Source: Zygnema circumcarinatum SAG 698-1b (Eukaryota; Plantae; Zygnematophyceae). From it: a DNA stretch of 64,000 bases. This document shows, piece after piece, positions 53,098 through 64,000 of this stretch. Every line of letters begins with the position of its first letter. Within the stretch, counting starts at the first letter, position 1. The notes beneath the pieces were generated by a model, which did not search any database, was not told where the DNA came from, and saw nothing but the letters and a program-made list of their open reading frames with translations. The stretch lies in contig CM074814.1 of assembly GCA_037447605.1 (NCBI GenBank), positions 496,001 through 560,000 on the forward strand, given 5' to 3'. Position numbers and translations under genes: made by a program.

Positions 53098-54686
53098 TTC
53101 CTCACCATCTCCTGCGCGGAGGACCGGCGGACCACAATGCCCATCAGCTGCAGAGCGGGAGAGTAGAAGGGAGTGGAGCCGAGGAGGTACAAAAGCTGCC
53201 ACGCGGAGCTCCCTACACCACGCGTGTGCAGGAGGCACTTGCAGGACAGGAGAGGAGGGAGAGGGAGAAGGGAGGGGAAGGGGAGGGGAGGGGAGGGGAG
53301 GGAGGGGAGAGGGAGGGAGAGGGAGGGGAGGAAAGAAGGGAGGAGGGAGGGGAGGGGAGGGGAGAGGGAGGGAGAGGGAGGGGAGGGGAGGGGCAGAGGG
53401 AGGGAGGGAGGGAGAGGGAGGGGAGGGAGGGCAGAGGGAGGGAGGGAGGAAAGGAAAGAAGGAGGGAGGAAGAGAAAGGAGGGAGGGAAGAGAGAGGGAG
53501 GGGAGAGGGAGGGAGGGAGGAAGGGAAGGAGAAGGAAGGGAAAGAAGAAGGAAAGAAGAAAGAAGAAAGAAAGGAAGGAAGAAAGAAAGAAAGAAGGAAA
53601 GAAAGAAAGAAAGAAAGAAAGGAAGAAAGGAAGGAAGAAAGAAAGAAGGAAAGAAAGAAGGAAAGAAAGGGAAAGAAGGAAAGAAGGGGAGGGGAGGGGA
53701 GGGGAGGGGAGGGAGGGGAGGGAGGGGAGGGGAGGGGAGGGGAGGGAGGGGGAGGGGAGGGAGGGGAGGGAGGGGAGGGGAGGGAGGGAGGGGGAGGGGG
53801 AGGGGAGGAAGGGAGGGGGAGGGGGAGGGGAGGAAGGGAGGGAGGAAGGAAGGGGAGGGAGGAAGGGGAGGGGGGAGGGGGAGGGGGAGGGGGAGGGGAG
53901 GGGGAGGGGGAGGGGAGGGAGGGGAGGAGGGAGGGGAGGGGAGGGAGGGGAGGGAGAGGGGCGGGAGGGGAAGGGGGAGGGGAGGGGGAGGGGAGGGAGG
54001 GGGAGGGGAGGGGAGGGGAGGGAGGGGAGGGAGGGGGAAGGGAGGGAGGGAGGGGAGGAGGAGGAGAGGGAGGGGAGGGGGAGGGGGAGGGGAGGGGGAG
54101 GGGAGGGGGAGGGGAGGGGAGGGGAGGGGGAGGGGGAGGGGGAGGGGAGGGGGAGGGGGAGGGAGGGGAGGGAGGGAGGAAGGGAGGGAGGGGAGGAGGA
54201 AGGGAGGGAGGGAGGGAGGGAGGGGAGGGGAGGAAGGGAGGGAGGAAGGGAGGGAGGGGGAGGGGGAGGGAAGGGAGGGGAGGGGAGGGGAGGGGGAGGG
54301 GGAAAGGGAGGGGAGGAGGAGGGGAGGGGAGGGGAAGGGGGAAGGGGGAGGAAGGAAGGGGAGGGGGAAAGAAAGAAAGAAGAAAGAAAGAAGGGAAGGA
54401 AGGGAAGGAAAGAAGAAGGAAGGAAAGAAGGAAGGAAGGAAGGGAGGGAGAAAGAAGAAAGAGAGAGGGGAAGGGAAAAGGAAAAGGAAAAGAAAGAAAG
54501 AGTAGGGGAGAGGAGGGAAGGAAAGAGGTAGAGCGATTGAGAAGTAAGAGGGAGAGGGTGCAAAGAAGTAAATTTCTTTAAGCAAAGGGAGATCAGAGGA
54601 AGGAGAAATTGGCAAGCAGAATGAAGTGAAAGGGAAATTGCCACCTGCAAATCAGTAATATTTCTTCTCTTGCATCCCTCCCCTCG

Positions 54687-54746
<60 letters not shown>

Positions 54747-56675
54747 CTTCATAGGCTGCGTGAATCCACGGATACAATTTCACAGTCGCCTTCTCTAACG
54801 CCCCTCCCACTCTCACTGCCAGCGTGGCATCCGGTGGAAGTTGACCAGATGGTGCCACCTGGCGCCACGTGTCACTCTCCGATTGGTCGTCATTCTCTGC
54901 CTCCTCCTCGTCCCCCCTCCCCCAGAGAGCTGCTCGAACTCCACTCCCAACATGAGCTGTGTAGACTCCATGGGCCTTCTCTTTCAAGTATGGGATACCA
55001 ACCTGCACACTTCTTTTTCGTCCCATATTAAAATTTGGAGTATTCCATAGTTCAAACGGTTCATTTATGATGGATCTTTCTAAGGGTTTCTTTAATCGAT
55101 GGGGAAATTGAGAGTCATTATTGGCTTTTACAAAGGTAGGATTGCTTATTTACGTCGTCAACGAATAGAAGACATGTTGAGATGTACATGTTCTTGAAAG
55201 AGTTTTTCCCCCCACACTAAATTCTGCCCATATTCTACTTTCTTGCTTGCTCTTTTAAAAATAGGGGCTGTGAAATGTTGTGTTCACATACGAGAAAGAA
55301 GAGTGAGAGGGCTCTTTGTCGGCTAGTGAGGCCCTTTGTGGGCGAGAGGGGACGATCTGAGGGAGAGGCCGCCCCCGTGTCTGCTTCAGCTGGCGACCTC
55401 CTCAGTCCGTACAGTCCCTCTCCAAAGGATGCATCTGAGGGAGAGAGGTGTGTGAGTCTGTGTGTGTGTGAGAGAGAGAGTGAGAAAGAGGGAGGAGAGG
55501 AAGACTAGAAAGGCCGAAGGAAGTAAGAGAGTGATAGGGAAGGAGAGGGAGAGGGACAGGGAGAGGGTAGGGAGACTACACAGGCCGAGGGAACTACGAA
55601 GAGGAGAAGCAGAAGGAGAAGGAGAAGGAGAAGGAGAAGGAGAAGGAGAAGGAGAAGGAGAAGGAGAAGGAGAAGGAGAGGGTTAAGGAGAGGGTTATGG
55701 CTAGGGAAAATGAGAGGGAGAGGGTAGGAAGTCTACACAGGCCGAGGGAACTAAGAAGAGGAGAAGAAGAAGGAGAAGGAGAAGGAGAAGGAGAAGGAGA
55801 AGGAGAAGGAGAAGGAGAAGGAGAAGGAGAGGGTTAAGGAGAGAGTTATGACTAGGGAGAATGAGAGGGAGAGGGAGACGGAAAGAGGGAGAGGGCGAAG
55901 GAGACGAAATCGGTACCATGTGTGCGGAGGCTGTGTGCCTCCAGCAGGAGGAGGAGTGCTGCCAAGGCCTCGTCGCCGTGGTCCAGGACGCGGTGCAGGA
56001 CGGGCCAGCGCTGGGCGAACACCTGCCCTAATCGCAAAGCATAACCGCTCCAAAATTAGGGTTCGCTTCAAGCTTCTTGCAACAATTAGGGTTTGATCGA
56101 AGTTTGCTCAAAAGTCGACTCAAATGCTAGAGTTCAGGACTGGCTCACTGATATTGGATATCTAGGGTTTGCTAAATACTACGCTCAGTTTTTCAGACTG
56201 GACTGAAACATAGGCTCAAGCTTGGTTTCTCTCATAGCTTTGGCTTTAAAAGTTTATTAAGAAATGACGTGAATTTGTAATATTTACTTGAACGTAGCTC
56301 TGTTTTAGAGTTTGCTTACGACATGAATCAGTTCTAAGGTTTCTTTATTTCGCTATTCTCTCAAAAATTGGCTTTTCCTTTTAATTTTCGCAAATCAATT
56401 AGACAGCTGGCTCACGAATTAGGGCTTCGACTTGTGAAAGCTCACGATTGATGAAAGTCGGATTCCAGAGTCCCCAAAATTATTGAAAATCAATGAAAGA
56501 AAATAAAACATTATAACAGAAATTGAAATTGAAAGGTATTTGAAAGACATGTGCACTGCTTCCTCACCCCGAAGGAGTAGAGCAGCGCGGAGCGCAGGCC
56601 CTGCTGGAGCTTGTCGGCCGCGTCCATTTCAAAGAAGGTGGGGCGCCCGCCATGGCCTCCCACTTGGAACAGCAT
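50727..56675 (-). CDS. PEX12: Peroxin 12 (RING E3 ligase subunit), 10 exons
   Basis: Exons 56675-56568, 56022-55917, 55434-55292, 55002-54747, 53212-53106, ~52714-52640, 52356-52270, 51859-51773, 51515-51378, 50798-50727. Motifs MLFQVGG..RPTFFEM, SFGEGLYGLRR, MLEWWY, CPLCLKPRTNPA..SGFAFCYPCI, RCPITL..IRRLY. Confidence 0.95.
50870..51320. repeat. Degenerate telomere-like array (mostly hexameric AACCCT) in the last PEX12 intron
   Basis: Tandem TAACCC/AAACCC/CAACCC units. Confidence 0.8.
53245..54530. repeat. About 1.3 kb essentially pure purine tract (GGGA/GAAA/GGGGA) in PEX12 intron 4
   Basis: Almost exclusively G and A on the + strand; it is the source of several spurious 450-630 aa ORFs. 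Confidence 0.9.
55560..55880. repeat. About 157-bp tandem duplication containing (GGAGAA)n in PEX12 intron 2
   Basis: CTACACAGGCCGAGGGAACTA at 55576 and 55733, each followed by a GAAGGA run and GGTTAAGGAGAG. Confidence 0.8.
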
Positions 56676-57517
56676 CTGGTGAGCGAGAGAGAGAGAGAAA
56701 GAGAGAGCGAGAGTGAGCGAGTGAGAGAGAGAGAGAGCAAGCACAGAGAAACAGAGGAGGCGGCAACACGTCATGGATGATGGCCATGCGCATCTTGCTG
56801 ACGTCACCCATTCCGTCGTTTCATCTAGGCGACGCCCACGTGTACATATTTTACACGTGGCGACTTCCGATTGGAAGATGGTCCGCCAGGCCATCGAATG
56901 TTCAGTCACACGAAAATTTATGTCGCACACGTGTCGCACGGAGCGTGTTATGTCGCAAAATGGGAGAAACGTCGCACTACGGGATTTAAATGGTTTTTTA
57001 AGGAACTAAAACGGTGTACGGTTTGGGTACAGTACTGTACAGTCAACAGTCCTCAGTCCTTGTATCGTATCGTATCGTACCGTATCGAAACCAAGAAGAA
57101 GGGGAGAAGAGCGAGCGCCCCTTACGGCGGCACGAGCGGGGGAAATTAGGTGAGTTTTGCGTAAGCCCGTAACGGCTACAGTACTGTACTGTACAGTACT
57201 GGACTGTAGCTTGAATCCTCCTGTACGGACCCAATACGTTTGGGTGACGTCACTACAAACCTGCGGTTTCTCATTGGAAACCAGCAGGGCGGCCCTAACA
57301 AGGATTCCTCCACAGCGGAACGGTGTTCCTTGCTCGCCACTATGCCAAATCAGTTTCATCCGTCCGATCTCGCAATTGGACGGCTGACCGAAACCCAAGT
57401 GGTAATTTTCAGATTTGGCCGACCAAATCCATTCAGCCGTCCGATCGCATCGGACGGCTGAGCAAAACCCCAGTTGCCCTTTCAGATTTGTTGAAGGGCA
57501 GAGTTTTGGAATCAAGC
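56676..57517. promoter_or_regulatory. Putative bidirectional promoter between PEX12 and the dienelactone hydrolase
   Basis: Divergent ATGs about 840 bp apart. The interval contains TGACGTCA (twice), CACGTG, CCAAT/ATTGG, and repeated CAGTACTGTA and ATCGT units. Confidence 0.5.
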
Positions 57518-59783
57518 ATGATGGCTTGCAGGGTTTTCGCGCCCCTGCCTTCAGTTAGGACTGGAGAAGGAATACTCAGATTTTCGCCGCCATATTTGAC
57601 CCATTTGCACGGCCATTTGGCGACCAGGCCGGCGAGTTTAGGCTTCCAGAGTGAGAAAGGGAGGAACAAGCCCTTTTGTTTTTCTGTATCTTCTGTGAAA
57701 ATGTCTTTTGAGAAGGTGCAGATCACGCGGAATGGAGACGGAGAAGTGGTAAGGTTCTGAAGCTTTGAGCGTCTTGAGAAGTTTTTGATTGGTAGATGAT
57801 TGCATTGTCTTGGAGGTGAAAGCTCTTGAGCTCGTGGTTGCAGATGTTAACTTATTACTGTGAGGTTTGCAGCTAGAAGTCGAGTCATGCATCCGCCTGA
57901 AGCAGTTGTTGATTCCCGAGAATGATACTGGCTCTATCTGAGAATTATTTCACTTGATTAAGGCTTTCTGGAGTTGTTCTTTAGTTTGCTTGCATTGCAT
58001 TATTGAATTGCACTCCTGGTGTTTGTCGTCCTTATTCCTTTTGTTGCTTAGTCTCTGGCCGCATATTCAGCACATCTTGCTGGTGATATTTACTAGGCGC
58101 GCTTGACGTTTCAACCTTTTGGATTTGTTTTGTCTTTTTATTTTTATAAGTTATGAACCATTAATGTACCAACCCCTCTCGTCCCTTTCGTACTGCTTTT
58201 TCGCAGACTTTTGATGCATATGTGACGGGTACGGCAGGCGCGCCAGCTGTCGTCGTCATTCAGGAGTGGTGGGGAGTCGACTACGAGATCAAGAACCACG
58301 CAACCTATCTCGCAAACAAGGGCTACCGAACGCTTATTCCTGAGTATGTCATATTGTTCGCCCGCCCCTCTTCTCCCCTCTCCCACCACCCCTGCATTCA
58401 AATATCAGTACAGCTTCGTTTTTCCTAGTATGGCTGTCATGTACATGATTAGTGACTTGTTTTTGTTTAGCAAACCTTTTTTTTCTTAGCTGTACCGAAG
58501 GAACCGGCTATTGGGATCCTCCTTCTGTACGACACATTGATTGGATTGTTTGTAGTAGCATGTATGTACTTAGAGGTAGTGGAGAGGGCTTGATAGTAAG
58601 TATATACATAGTACGACCTGGGTGGAAGCCGATGTGTCATTTTCGTGGACCTGGCTGGAATATTGGAACTATTTACTATTTTGGACTGGTCCGTTTACCC
58701 AGCATTAATAGCACGGTCGGGATTGCACTTCGAGTCCTGCGCTGCATCTCCTGTCTCGTATGTTCAAAATTTGTAATTTGTATGGGTTATGCAGTCTGTA
58801 CCGCGGAAAGGTGACCTTGGATCAGGCCGAAGCGAGGCACCTGCTGGACGGCTTGGACTGGCCCGGAGCTGTCAAGGACGTGGCAGCGTCGGTCAAGTGG
58901 CTCAAGGAGCATGGGTCCCCAAAGGTAAGCTAGTCGAGTTAGTCTATCGAACATTTGAAAGATTCTCCACATCTAGTACGTAGTTTGCAAAGTAGATACA
59001 ACTTCTCTGTATCATACTTTTCTCCCTTGTTCTACCTTTCCCCTTCTTCCCTCCCTCTCCTCTTCCATTTTGCTTCCATCCCCTTTCTCCTCATCTCCTC
59101 CTCTGCCCCCGCCGTCTTTCCCTTTACTCTCTCTCTCATCCTGCTCTCTCTCTTTCTCACCTTGCTGCCGTTGCTCGATCCAGGTTGGAGTGATTGGCTT
59201 CTGTATGGGAGGTGCATTGACGGTTGCGGCTGCTGTCTTAGCGGATGACGTTTCTGCTGCGGCTCCGTTCTACGGCATTCCCCCGGACCAGTTGGCGGAC
59301 CCTACCAAAGCCAAAGCGCCAGTGCAGGCTCACTTTGGAGGTTCCGACCCCATGAAGGGGTTTTCTGATCCGGAGGTGTGTATGACCATGTTTGCCGCTT
59401 AGGATGTCGGTCACTCTAGTTCCTTAGAATCTTGGGCCCAAGCTTTTGTGTGGGGGGGGGGGAACAAGAATGTCCATTTTCTGTGTTTTCCTGGATCTGC
59501 TTGAAAGGAAAGGGAAAGGGATCTATTTTCTATGTGTATTTTGTTGACATTTTGTCATGGCATTGCACTTTTGCAGGCTGGCAAAATCCTGCAAGAGAAG
59601 CTGATCAAGGCTGGTGTGGAGAACGAGCTCTACATTTATGAAGGACAAGGCCACGCCTTCATGAATGCTTCCGAGGACGGAATCGAGCGGAAACTGAAAC
59701 AAGGAAATCCGCCACACAACCAGGAGGCTGTGGATCTGGCATGGTCGAGAGTGGAGGCATGGTTTGAGAAGTACCTCAAGTAG
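57518..59783 (+). CDS. Dienelactone hydrolase / carboxymethylenebutenolidase homolog, 5 exons
   Basis: Exons 57518-57745, 58207-58343, 58795-58924, 59184-59375, 59577-59783. Motifs VVIQEWWGVD, LIPDLYRGKV, nucleophile elbow GFCMGG, PFYGIP, GHAFMN. There is an N-terminal extension before an internal ATG at 57701. Confidence 0.92.
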
Positions 59784-60997
59784 ACTCGCCAATCGGAGCT
59801 ACTATTAGACTTGTAGATAGATTTCTTTGTAGATAGAACCGGTCTGCGTCTGTACAGGATGATAAGTTTTTTCTCATTCCTCTCATTATGACTGTCAATT
59901 AAACCTAGAAACCCGATTCAACTCTCAAGTGAAGCAGAGGACGGCTTGCGAGCACGGCGAAGGACCACTCTCGGCTCAACTATTTGGCCTGCTTCCAAAG
60001 AGGAGCAGCGGCGCCTTTATATGTGAAAATGCCGGGTGAAAGTCCCCGACCACTTTGGCAGAAAGTGCCAGCCTTAGCAGGCAGACCCCCGTTTTCCCCT
60101 TCTTTGGGCATTTCCTTCGGGAAATGTTCAGGGCAGAGATGCTTCGGCGGAGCCCCATAGAGGGGGAGACGGGGCAGCTCGGTTTAGCACAGTTATGTGG
60201 CCAGTGGAGAACCAATCCACCAACAGAATGGGGCTTACTCTTGCCGGGCTCGCCCCCTATGCTCGCTTCTGAAGAGGAGGCTCTGCATGCCGCACAGCAT
60301 GTAGGGCCTCAGTTTTTTGGCGAGGGTTTCTGAGGAATGCAGAAGTAATTAAGAGAAATGTGTTTTTCGGAAGTTTTGAGCTTTGGGCCTCATGTTGGTG
60401 GTGTTGTTGTGGTTTTGGTTTGCTGTTCAACTTTGTCATCTTCTGGTTCTTGCAGTTTCGTGGATTTGAATTGGTGGGAATCTCTTTCTGAAATTGCAAA
60501 ACTTAATGAGAGAGTGAAGAGGAGCAGAGGGCGAGGTAGACAGCTGGGAGAGGGTTGTGGGGGGTAATGGTAGGATGTAGGGAGGGGAGGAAGGAGGCCA
60601 GGGGAGAGGGAAGGGTTATGATGGGGAATTCTCAAGGCGTAATTACGAGTAATTAGATGAACCATTAGGAAAGCTGCAGCCCCAGAATCTAACTGCAACT
60701 TTACTTCACTAGTATAATCTCTCGTTCAAGTTACCTGACCAAAATTGAACAATGTTAAATACCTAAAGATGTCTACAGAACACATTGGTAGGGCTTGCTA
60801 AGGTTAAAATATATCTAGTGTTTCTGGGACCCTCGAGCCTAGAACCCTTAGTCCTATGCCTTCTGGATTAAGGGAAGCTAAATACTGTTATTCTCATGGA
60901 ATATAATTGTATGGCGAGCAAAGTCAATGGAAATTTTATTTACAGGGGAGCTCAGGTGATTTCTGGTCAGCTCCATCAAACCCTGAAGCCCTAAACC

Positions 60998-63380
60998 CTA
61001 ATCACTCTTTTGCGAGCTGATGGACTTCCTCTCTAAGGCGGGCCGCGTGCCGTATCGATATGCGGCGGATCGGTACACGTCCGCGTGGGCGAGGATGGAG
61101 GCTGCCAATGGGCACGGAGGAAGGCCACATCGCTAAAGTTAGATTCTTCTCTCTTTTGTGAAGGAAACCATAAACCCTAACCATAAACCCTAAACCCTAA
61201 ACCCTAAACCCTGAACCCTAAACCCTGAACCCTGAACCCTACACCTTGAACCCTAAACCCTGAACCTTAACCATAAACCTTAAACCCTAAGCCCGAAACC
61301 CTGAACTCTAAACCCTGAACCTTAACCCTAAACCCTGAACCCTGGACTCTAAGCCCGAAACCCTGAACCCTAACCCCTAAACCCTGAACCCTGGACCCTG
61401 GACCCTAAGCCCGAAATCCTGAACGCAAAACCTTTAACCCTATACCCTAAGCCCTGAGCCCTACCCTGAACCCTAAACCCCAAACCCGGAACCCTAAACC
61501 CTTAACCCTGAAAACCTAAACCCTGAACCCTAGACCCTAGACCCCAAACCTTGAACCCTAACCCTAAATCCTGAACCTCTAAACCCTTCAACCCTAAACC
61601 CTAAACTTTAAACCCTGAACCCTCAAAAGGCGCTGTGGCTGACCTTCAATAGGACGCGAGTAGCCCCCCCCCATAGTGATGACGAGCGGTACCCCCCGTT
61701 CTATGCACGCGCTGTAAACCATGTTGTTGCGACGGAGGAGGCCACTCCTGTAAGGCCACGTGGCACATATGCAGAGCACGCTCAACATCACAAAGCTGCA
61801 TAGGCCTACATCACTTGACGGGCGTCCCACATCGCAAAAAATGATGTAACAACTACAAACTGCAGAAACTTAGCCATTTCTTAAGAAATAGAAAATGGTC
61901 TGCGAGAGGGTTCCCGCCACGTGGCAGTAGGTAACTGGAACAGCTCAGACTTTGCAGCCAATTGCGCTATGCCACGTGGCAGTATCACGGGCGCACCTAG
62001 TCATAGAGAGGCGCCCAAAGCTGTCCTCTTTGAGGGCGTCCACGCCGGCCTGCAGCCCTCCCTCGTCCTTTGCAAACCCTAAATTGGAACTGAATTTGAC
62101 TTGCCTACCACGATCCTCAAAACCTAAAACGCCATCTTAAAAAAAACCAAAGAAAAAAGGGGAAAAAAAAAAAAACCTGAATAAAGGCTTGGAGATTCTA
62201 TCTTATTTTCCTTTCATTCAAAAAAAAAAAAAATTGGTCCTATACCTGGAAAAAGACGAGGCCCGGCGAATGGGTATCGAAGAGGCGGGGGAGCCACTCT
62301 CCCAGGAGGTCCAAGTACTCGTGGTCCTGTGTCGCGTCACGCAGTTCTATGTCGTAGTCGGAGCGTGTTCTGGACCGCCACGGATAGTTGTTCGCGCCGT
62401 GCATGGAAAACGAAACCACGCGCGCATCGCCATCGAATATGTGGGCGGTGCCGTTACCCTGTTGAGGAGAGAGGGCACTTGCAATGAGCTGCGGCAGAGT
62501 GGGAGGGAGGGAGGGAGGGAGGGAGGGAGGGAGGGCCTCTCTCGCTCTCTTTCTCACTTTCTTTATCTCTCTCACTCTCTTCTCTCTCTCCCTCGCGCTC
62601 TCTCTCTCTCTCGGGCGCGCGCTCTCTCTCGCTCTCTCTCGCCATCTCTATATACCTCGCTCACACACATCGACACACGCCATACATACACACGAACACG
62701 GAAATACAGGCAATAGGGGGAAGGAGAGGAAGGGGGGAGGAGAGAGGGAGGAGGAGAGGGGGGGGAGGGGGAGGAGGAACGAAGGAAGGAGGAGGGAGGG
62801 GGGAGGAGGGAAGTGGGAGGCAGGAGCGAAGGAGGGAAGAAGGACAGGGGAGGAGGAAGGAGTGAAGGTGGGAGAAATTAGGTGGGAGGTTGCAGAGAGG
62901 GGAGAAGGAGGCATTGCAAATTTTAGGGTTTATGAGCGGAATCTCTTGTCGCTTGCGTTACGTGACGGAGTCACCTGATGCACGTCCAGGTCGATCACCA
63001 GCGCAGGAGCCGCCACGTGGCAGGCATCCGGATAGCACTCCAAAGCGGCGGCTGCTGCCACAGCGATGTCATTGAAGACGCCTGTTGGAAGGTTTAGGGT
63101 TTAGGGTTTAGGCTTTAGGGTTTGGATACAAGCTAAGGATACATGGGGTTCCGGTCATACATAGGGCATACGTCATCCATAGGGTTCAGTTTCTGAAACT
63201 AGGGTTAGGGTTTCAAATGAGGGTTTATCGCAGGATTTTAGGGTTAGGGTTTTAGGGTTGTCCGTGCTCTCACAGAAGCCCTCCCCGTGGTCCCTAAAGG
63301 CGTGGTGCGTGCCGCCCGCCAAGTGTCCCGCCACTGCGCGCCGCCCCGCCATCACCGCATGCATGGCTGCCACCGTGCCG
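60998..63380 (-). CDS. Zn-dependent histone deacetylase family protein (class IV/AcuC-like), 3' part; 5' exons are outside the window
   Basis: Exons 63380-63274, 63081-62975, 62458-62246, 62049-61997, 61747-61644, 61101-60998 in frame. Motifs LAGGTHHA, GEGFCVFNDIAVA, VIDLDVHQGNGT, FSMHG, FQAGVD, TMGGGYS. All canonical catalytic residues are present. Confidence 0.9.
61165..61620. repeat. Telomere-like array (AAACCCT/GAACCCT/GGACCCT) in the last HDAC intron
   Basis: Roughly 60 tandem 7-8 bp units. Confidence 0.9.
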
Positions 63381-63422
63381 CTGAACCCCCCCCCATGCAT
63401 GCATGCATGCATGTGAGCACGG

Positions 63423-63503
<81 letters not shown>

Positions 63504-63504
63504 G

Positions 63505-64000
63505 TCATCTAGCAGAAGAATACTTGTCATCACCTTCTCTTGTTGCTCTAAAACCATCTTTTGAGACCGTTGAAGCTTTCTCTTCTCTCCTTTCCTGTAC
63601 ATCATCTGCTATAGCATTAGAAGTTGTTAGTTTGGGATCATTCTCAAAAACTGTCTTCAAATCTTTTGCTTTGAAGATTGCAAGGGATATGCCGCTCCAA
63701 GAGTCATTTAGCAGTCTGATAAAATACTTGTCTTTTTCTCTGGTTGCTCTAATACCACTTGCAGGGGCCATTGAAGTCTTTTTTTTTTTTATCAACTTTA
63801 CTCTTAGTCTTAATTGATTTCATTCATTCATTCACCTCATTCAACAGACGATGCGTGAGAGTGAAGCTGATCAAAAGAAAACTTCAATGGCCTCAACAAC
63901 TGGTATCAGAGCAACAAGAGAAAAAAATTGACAAATATTTCATCAAACTACTAGACGGCAGCAACTATGACTCTTGGAGCGACCAATTGCTTGCGGTCTT
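63505..64000. mobile_element. Two divergent Ty1/copia 5' remnants (PBS plus gag start)
   Basis: Plus strand: tRNA-iMet-type PBS TGGTATCAGAGC at 63901-63912 within MASTTGIRATRE, then (after a frameshift) DKYFIKLLDGSNYDSWS, a copia gag N-terminus. Minus strand: homologous copy with PBS-like TGGTATTAGAGC at 63757-63746 (MAPASGIRATREKDKYFIRLL). Confidence 0.7.

Noticed and set aside
52820-54752. Several 450-630 aa Gly/Arg/Glu or Pro/Ser/Leu ORFs
   Set aside because: Stop-free because the tract is purine-only; it lies in a PEX12 intron bounded by in-frame exons.
59976-60700. ORFs between DLH and HDAC
   Set aside because: No motif, splice or codon support; likely 3' flanking sequence.
61165-61620. 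Telomeric arrays as real chromosome ends or scaffold fusion points
   Set aside because: Each is degenerate and sits between in-frame exons of an intact gene.

Overview
Gene-dense, intron-rich eukaryotic nuclear DNA from a green plant lineage. The plastid/peroxisome gene set, TTTAGGG-type repeats and GA/CT-saturated introns suggest a streptophyte alga, possibly Zygnematophyceae (inference). Manual splice reconstruction gives 12 protein-coding genes: an intronless EGY/M50-like pseudoprotease running off the left edge (absent from the ORF track), STRAP, DCI1, an Lnt-like nitrilase-superfamily membrane protein with its catalytic Cys replaced by Gly, a 2xhevein + CBM14 + GH18 chitinase, HCF152-like PPR, SRR1, two adjacent LHW-like HLH genes (one full-length, one lacking the N-terminal domain and preceded by uORFs), PEX12, a dienelactone hydrolase and a partial class IV-type HDAC. 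Mobile and repetitive content: a Mutator-like element with perfect 137-bp TIRs, a Tourist-like MITE, head-to-head copia gag/PBS remnants, a 56-bp minisatellite, intronic telomere-like arrays and giant (CT)n/(AG)n tracts around a duplicated SRR1 exon. Most long ORFs in the supplied track are microsatellite artefacts. No rRNA, tRNA or CRISPR was recognised. Family assignments rest on remembered motifs, not database searches.
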